From: Nitrospirota bacterium
Lineage (GTDB): Bacteria > Nitrospirota > Thermodesulfovibrionia > Thermodesulfovibrionales > Dissulfurispiraceae
Assembly (NCBI GenBank): GCA_040758355.1
Contig: JBFLWF010000054.1
Coordinates: forward strand, 1 to 11,081
Length of the DNA: 11,081 bases
Direction: 5' to 3'
Every line of letters begins with the position of its first letter. Within the stretch, counting starts at the first letter, position 1. Below, piece by piece: positions 7,465 to 11,081 of this stretch. Under the pieces are notes generated by a model. The model did no database searches. It had not been told where the DNA came from and worked only from the letters and a program-made list of their open reading frames with translations. The position numbers and the translations under genes are program-made.

Positions 7465-8145
7465 ATGGTTGGATATAAAGGTCCTGCAATAATATTGCTT
7501 ATTTTCTTTTCCTGTGTCTTTCTTGTTCAAAATTCCCACGCAGAATGGAAAGATTCAAAGGAATGCTTTAATCTTATTAAATCCGGCAAACACGATACGG
7601 TTATCAGCGACGCAAAATCCATTTTGAAAGAAGATAGCTGGAATGCTGATGCAAATGCATGCCTTGTGATGGCCTATTATCTGAGCGACAGGAAATTTTT
7701 TGCAATGAAGAAAATAAAGGAAATAGAGGAGTCCCTTCCAAAAGAGGTTATAGATGAAATCCATGACAAGATATGGAACGATGTGCCTGAGTTGTTGGCA
7801 GAAAAGGAATACAGAAATAATTATACCATCAGCGGTGGGGCATGTATTCTAAGGAACGTGGCCTCGCTGGACGGCACAGGTTATATCATGATCGGCAGTT
7901 ACTTCAATCCTTTTGACTCGTCAATAAGCAGGCATCTCCGCGCCTATAAATGCAATTCAGAAATGCAAGGATGCAAAGAGATAGACCATGTATGCCCCGA
8001 CTGCAAACTCAGAGAGGAAGAGGCGAAGGTGATAATAAAGGACTACAGGATTGTGGAAATAAAGAAGCTTAAGAATGTAGAGCTATCCCGTAATATCAAG
8101 TATATCTCAAAGATCCTTGAACTCGAACAAAAAGATAAGAAATAA
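7465..8145 (+). CDS. Exported hypothetical protein with TPR-like N-terminal helices and a Cys-rich C-terminal region
   Basis: Signal peptide ending SHA; helical pattern AKSILKEDSWNADANACLVMAYY; 7 Cys in the mature region. Confidence 0.75.
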   Translation: MVGYKGPAIILLIFFSCVFLVQNSHAEWKDSKECFNLIKSGKHDTVISDAKSILKEDSWNADANACLVMAYYLSDRKFFAMKKIKEIEESLPKEVIDEIHDKIWNDVPELLAEKEYRNNYTISGGACILRNVASLDGTGYIMIGSYFNPFDSSISRHLRAYKCNSEMQGCKEIDHVCPDCKLREEEAKVIIKDYRIVEIKKLKNVELSRNIKYISKILELEQKDKK

Positions 8146-8180
8146 TTTGTTTCCTGTCAGTCCAGCCATGCTTATTGCTG

Positions 8181-10796
8181 TTATTTTCTTACCATTAATT
8201 TTCTTGCTTCCTCTGCTGCAAAAAGGACAATTGCAAATGGTATAAGGACAAGCCATACGCTCAAAGGAATTGGCGATGTCGAAAATATCGTGTTGCCCCA
8301 CGGGTGATAGACAATAAATAACTGCAAGACGATCTCAAATGCTATGCCGATGAATATTAACCTGTTTGAGAAAAGTCCTATGCTGAAGACAGATTCTCTG
8401 AATGAACGGCATGCGAAAACATTGGCAACCTGTGTGACTATTATTGCCGTGAGACATGCTGTTGTTGCCTGCATGTAAAGCAGATTGTTTGAGGGCAGCA
8501 TTTCACCCCACTTCCAATCGCCTGATTTTAAGACATAGAAAAATCCAAAAAGCCCTGCTGCTGCCTCGATAGGCCCGAGGAATAGATATGCACGGCTAAG
8601 GAATTTCAAGTTCAGGAGCCTTTCCTTCGGATCCCTCGGCGGTTGTTTCATTAAATTTTTTGTCGGCTTCTCTGCACCGAGGGCAAGGGCAGGAAGCATG
8701 TCTGTCCCGAGGTCAACAGCCAATATCTGCATGATTGTCAGCGGCAGTGGAATCCTGAAAAGCACATATGCAAGATAGGGCACAATCTCCGGAATATTTG
8801 ATGAAAAAATATAACTTATGAATTTCCTGATGTTTTCATAGACTGCCCTTCCTTCTTCGATGGCATTTACTATTGTCGCAAAATTATCATCGAGGAGTAT
8901 CATGTCTGCTGCTTCCTTTGCCACATCTGTACCTGCAATTCCCATGGCAATGCCAATATCTGCTTTTTTCAATGCAGGCGCATCATTCACACCGTCACCT
9001 GTAACTGCAACCCTTTCTCCCTCCTCTTTGAGAATCGATACAACCCTCATCTTATGCTTTGGAGTCATCCTCGCAAATATTATCTCTTTCTCTGAAAGTT
9101 TCTCCCTGAGTTCCCTGTCGCTCATCCTCACAAAATCATGACCTTCTATTACAACAGGATTACTCTTTACAAGACCTATCTCTCTCGCAATGGCCAGAGC
9201 AGTCCTGCTTCCGTCGCCTGTTATCATTATTACCTTTATTCCTGCCTCATGGCATTTTCTTATAGCATCAGTAACCTCGGGTCTTGGGGGATCCTCGATG
9301 CCTATCAGTCCTGTGAAGACCATATCATTTTCTATATTTTCAGAGCCAATATCCGATTCCTTCATCTCCCTATATGCAAATGTTAAAACCCTTAGTCCAC
9401 TGTCCATCAATGAGTGATGGGCATCTATTATTTGTTTTTTATGAGTCTCGTCCAGCGGTATTTTTCCCCCGCTTATCAGCAGACTGCTGCACAATGGAAG
9501 CACGCTTTCCATTGCGCCCTTTGTGAAGGCGAATCCATGCCCATCGGTAATATTGACGGTAGTCATCCTCTTTCTCTCGGAATCAAATGGGATTTCTGAT
9601 ATTCGCTCGGACTTTATATCTCCGACATTTTCCCTTACATATTTGAAGAGTGCAGTTTCTGTGGGATCTCCTTTATATCGACCGTTGACGAATTTTGCAT
9701 TGTTACAGAAATAGGCTGTCTTCATTAATATATCGACTGCCTGCTGGTGACCGTCTATCGTCCACAGTTTTTTTACCTCCATCTTATTCTGTGTAAGTGT
9801 GCCTGTTTTATCCGTGCATATCACTGTTACAGAGCCGAGGGTTTCAACAGATGTGAGGGTCTTTATCAATGCCATTTTTTTGGCCATTCTTTGGCTTCCC
9901 ATGGCGAGGGAGAGGGTGACTGTTGGAAGCAGTCCTTCAGGCACATTTGCAACGATTATTCCTATGGCAAAGATGAAGTTTTCCCAGAAACTCCTTCCGA
10001 TAAATTGCCCGATGAAGAAAAAGGCAATACCCATTACAGTGGCTAAAAATGCGATGATTCTTGTGACCTTAACAATCTCCTTTTGAAGTGGGCTTAAACC
10101 TGCTTCTACAGCGCTTGTCAGATGTGCTATTCGTCCGAACTCTGTCCTCATGCCTGTTGCGAAAGCGATAGCCTTTCCCGAGCCGCTAACAACAGTTGTT
10201 CCTGCAAAGGCAATATTCCTGCTTTCAATCAGTTCACCTTTACATGGTTCATATTGTAATGGTACGGGCTCTGATTCTCCGGTGAGAGGCGCATTATTCA
10301 CCATCAGGTATGTTGTATCTATAAGCCTTGAATCAGCAGATACTTTGTCGCCTTCTGAAAGTACTATCAAATCCCCAGGCACTATCTCTCTTGCGGGTAT
10401 TTCTTTTTCTCTCCCCTCCCTTATCACCTTTACATAAAAAGGCAGGAGGAGCTTTAACTTCTCGATGGATTTTTCTGCCCTGTATTCTTGAATGAATGTG
10501 AACACTGCATTGATAAATATTACGCCTATTATTGCAAGTCCGAGGGTAAGCATACCTTCACCCGGATGAAGATACTCCGATAAAAGGGCGAGCCCTGCAC
10601 CTATCCAGAGCATCACGGCAAGGAAATGGGTGAATTGTTTTAGGAATCTTATGGATAGAGGAGTCTTTTTTGCCTCTTTAATCTCGTTTGGCCCGAATTC
10701 CGAAAAACGCTTCTTTGCCTCTTCTTCTGTAAGGCCGTTTCCGGATGTGACGAGACTTCTGAGGACTTCTTCTTTTGTGAGGTTATTGATTTTCAT
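8181..10796 (-). CDS. Cation-transporting P-type ATPase, Na+/K+-ATPase-like (P2C-like)
   Basis: TGES, ANVPEGL, DKTGTLT, KGA, DPPR, MITGD, TGDGVNDAPALKKADIG, SSNIPEI, DLGTDM. Confidence 0.97.
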   Translation of the reverse strand: MKINNLTKEEVLRSLVTSGNGLTEEEAKKRFSEFGPNEIKEAKKTPLSIRFLKQFTHFLAVMLWIGAGLALLSEYLHPGEGMLTLGLAIIGVIFINAVFTFIQEYRAEKSIEKLKLLLPFYVKVIREGREKEIPAREIVPGDLIVLSEGDKVSADSRLIDTTYLMVNNAPLTGESEPVPLQYEPCKGELIESRNIAFAGTTVVSGSGKAIAFATGMRTEFGRIAHLTSAVEAGLSPLQKEIVKVTRIIAFLATVMGIAFFFIGQFIGRSFWENFIFAIGIIVANVPEGLLPTVTLSLAMGSQRMAKKMALIKTLTSVETLGSVTVICTDKTGTLTQNKMEVKKLWTIDGHQQAVDILMKTAYFCNNAKFVNGRYKGDPTETALFKYVRENVGDIKSERISEIPFDSERKRMTTVNITDGHGFAFTKGAMESVLPLCSSLLISGGKIPLDETHKKQIIDAHHSLMDSGLRVLTFAYREMKESDIGSENIENDMVFTGLIGIEDPPRPEVTDAIRKCHEAGIKVIMITGDGSRTALAIAREIGLVKSNPVVIEGHDFVRMSDRELREKLSEKEIIFARMTPKHKMRVVSILKEEGERVAVTGDGVNDAPALKKADIGIAMGIAGTDVAKEAADMILLDDNFATIVNAIEEGRAVYENIRKFISYIFSSNIPEIVPYLAYVLFRIPLPLTIMQILAVDLGTDMLPALALGAEKPTKNLMKQPPRDPKERLLNLKFLSRAYLFLGPIEAAAGLFGFFYVLKSGDWKWGEMLPSNNLLYMQATTACLTAIIVTQVANVFACRSFRESVFSIGLFSNRLIFIGIAFEIVLQLFIVYHPWGNTIFSTSPIPLSVWLVLIPFAIVLFAAEEARKLMVRK

Positions 10797-10814
10797 AACA
10801 ATCGTTCACTAATT

Positions 10815-10961
10815 AATTTTGCTCTAAACTGAGCGATTCTACTTTAGAAATATATGTCAGGTGCGGCGAAAAGACTTTAAACCCCGCACTTGTAAAAACA
10901 TTTATCTTGTATCTGTCATCTACAACATTGGATACTTGTTGGGTGATGCACTTATAATCTT
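10815..10961 (-). mobile_element. MITE-like element, copy B, truncated by ISL3
   Basis: Reverse complement aligns to 4549-4696, including identical 37-nt (10856-10892) and 19-nt (10915-10933) blocks. Homology stops exactly at the ISL3 IR. Confidence 0.8.
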
Positions 10962-11081
10962 GGCTCTTCGTGTAATCGAGTGGGTCATTTTATATCTCCT
11001 TGAGCATACATGTAAGTATTTTCAGGCGCAGATACTCCTCGTCTCTGAGACCGTAAGCCCTTCTCTGTATAACACGAATTT
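10962..11081 (-). mobile_element. ISL3-family IS, right end
   Basis: Terminal IR GGCTCTTCGTGTAATCGAGTGGGT (10962-10985) lies just after the transposase stop. Confidence 0.92.
10990..11079 (-). CDS. ISL3-family transposase, C-terminal end (partial)
   Basis: Hand translation IRVIQRRAYGLRDEEYLRLKILTCMLKEI* matches the ISL3 C-terminal KIK/R..KR.AYG.R....LKI signature. Confidence 0.92.
   Translation of the reverse strand: MRVIQRRAYGLRDEEYLRLKILTCMLKEI

Noticed and set aside
804..10812. Short antisense and alternate-frame ORFs (e.g. 804-1034, 2121-2428, 3178-4225, 5006-5803, 6151-6994, 7555-7764, 8107-8301, 8860-10812)
   Set aside because: Shadows of well-supported genes with no recognisable motifs.
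10815..10961. attC site or CRISPR repeat
   Set aside because: No proper RYYYAAC/GTTRRRY box pair, no repeat-spacer array, and no integrase or cas gene.

Overview
Bacterial window, probably Nitrospirota/Desulfobacterota-like (inference only), bounded by the ends of two ISL3-family insertion sequences: a terminal IR at 102-125, and a terminal IR at 10962-10985 plus the transposase 3' end. The left IS truncates an AT-rich NACHT/STAND-type gene with pentapeptide-like repeats. Next come a probably leaderless antitoxin plus AbiEii/MenT-type nucleotidyltransferase toxin pair, a secreted small protein, a two-subunit M16B peptidase, aroD, a SAM methyltransferase whose stop codon overlaps tRNA-Ala(CGC), a secreted Cys-rich protein and a Na+/K+-ATPase-like (P2C-like) P-type ATPase. 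The most notable signal missing from the ORF track is an inverted-repeat-bounded, MITE-like element of about 170-230 bp present twice. One copy appears to split the signal peptide of the second M16 subunit; the other lies just upstream of the ATPase and is cut by the right-hand ISL3. The M16 genes also carry a perfect 15-bp palindrome and two heptamer tandem arrays in coding sequence.
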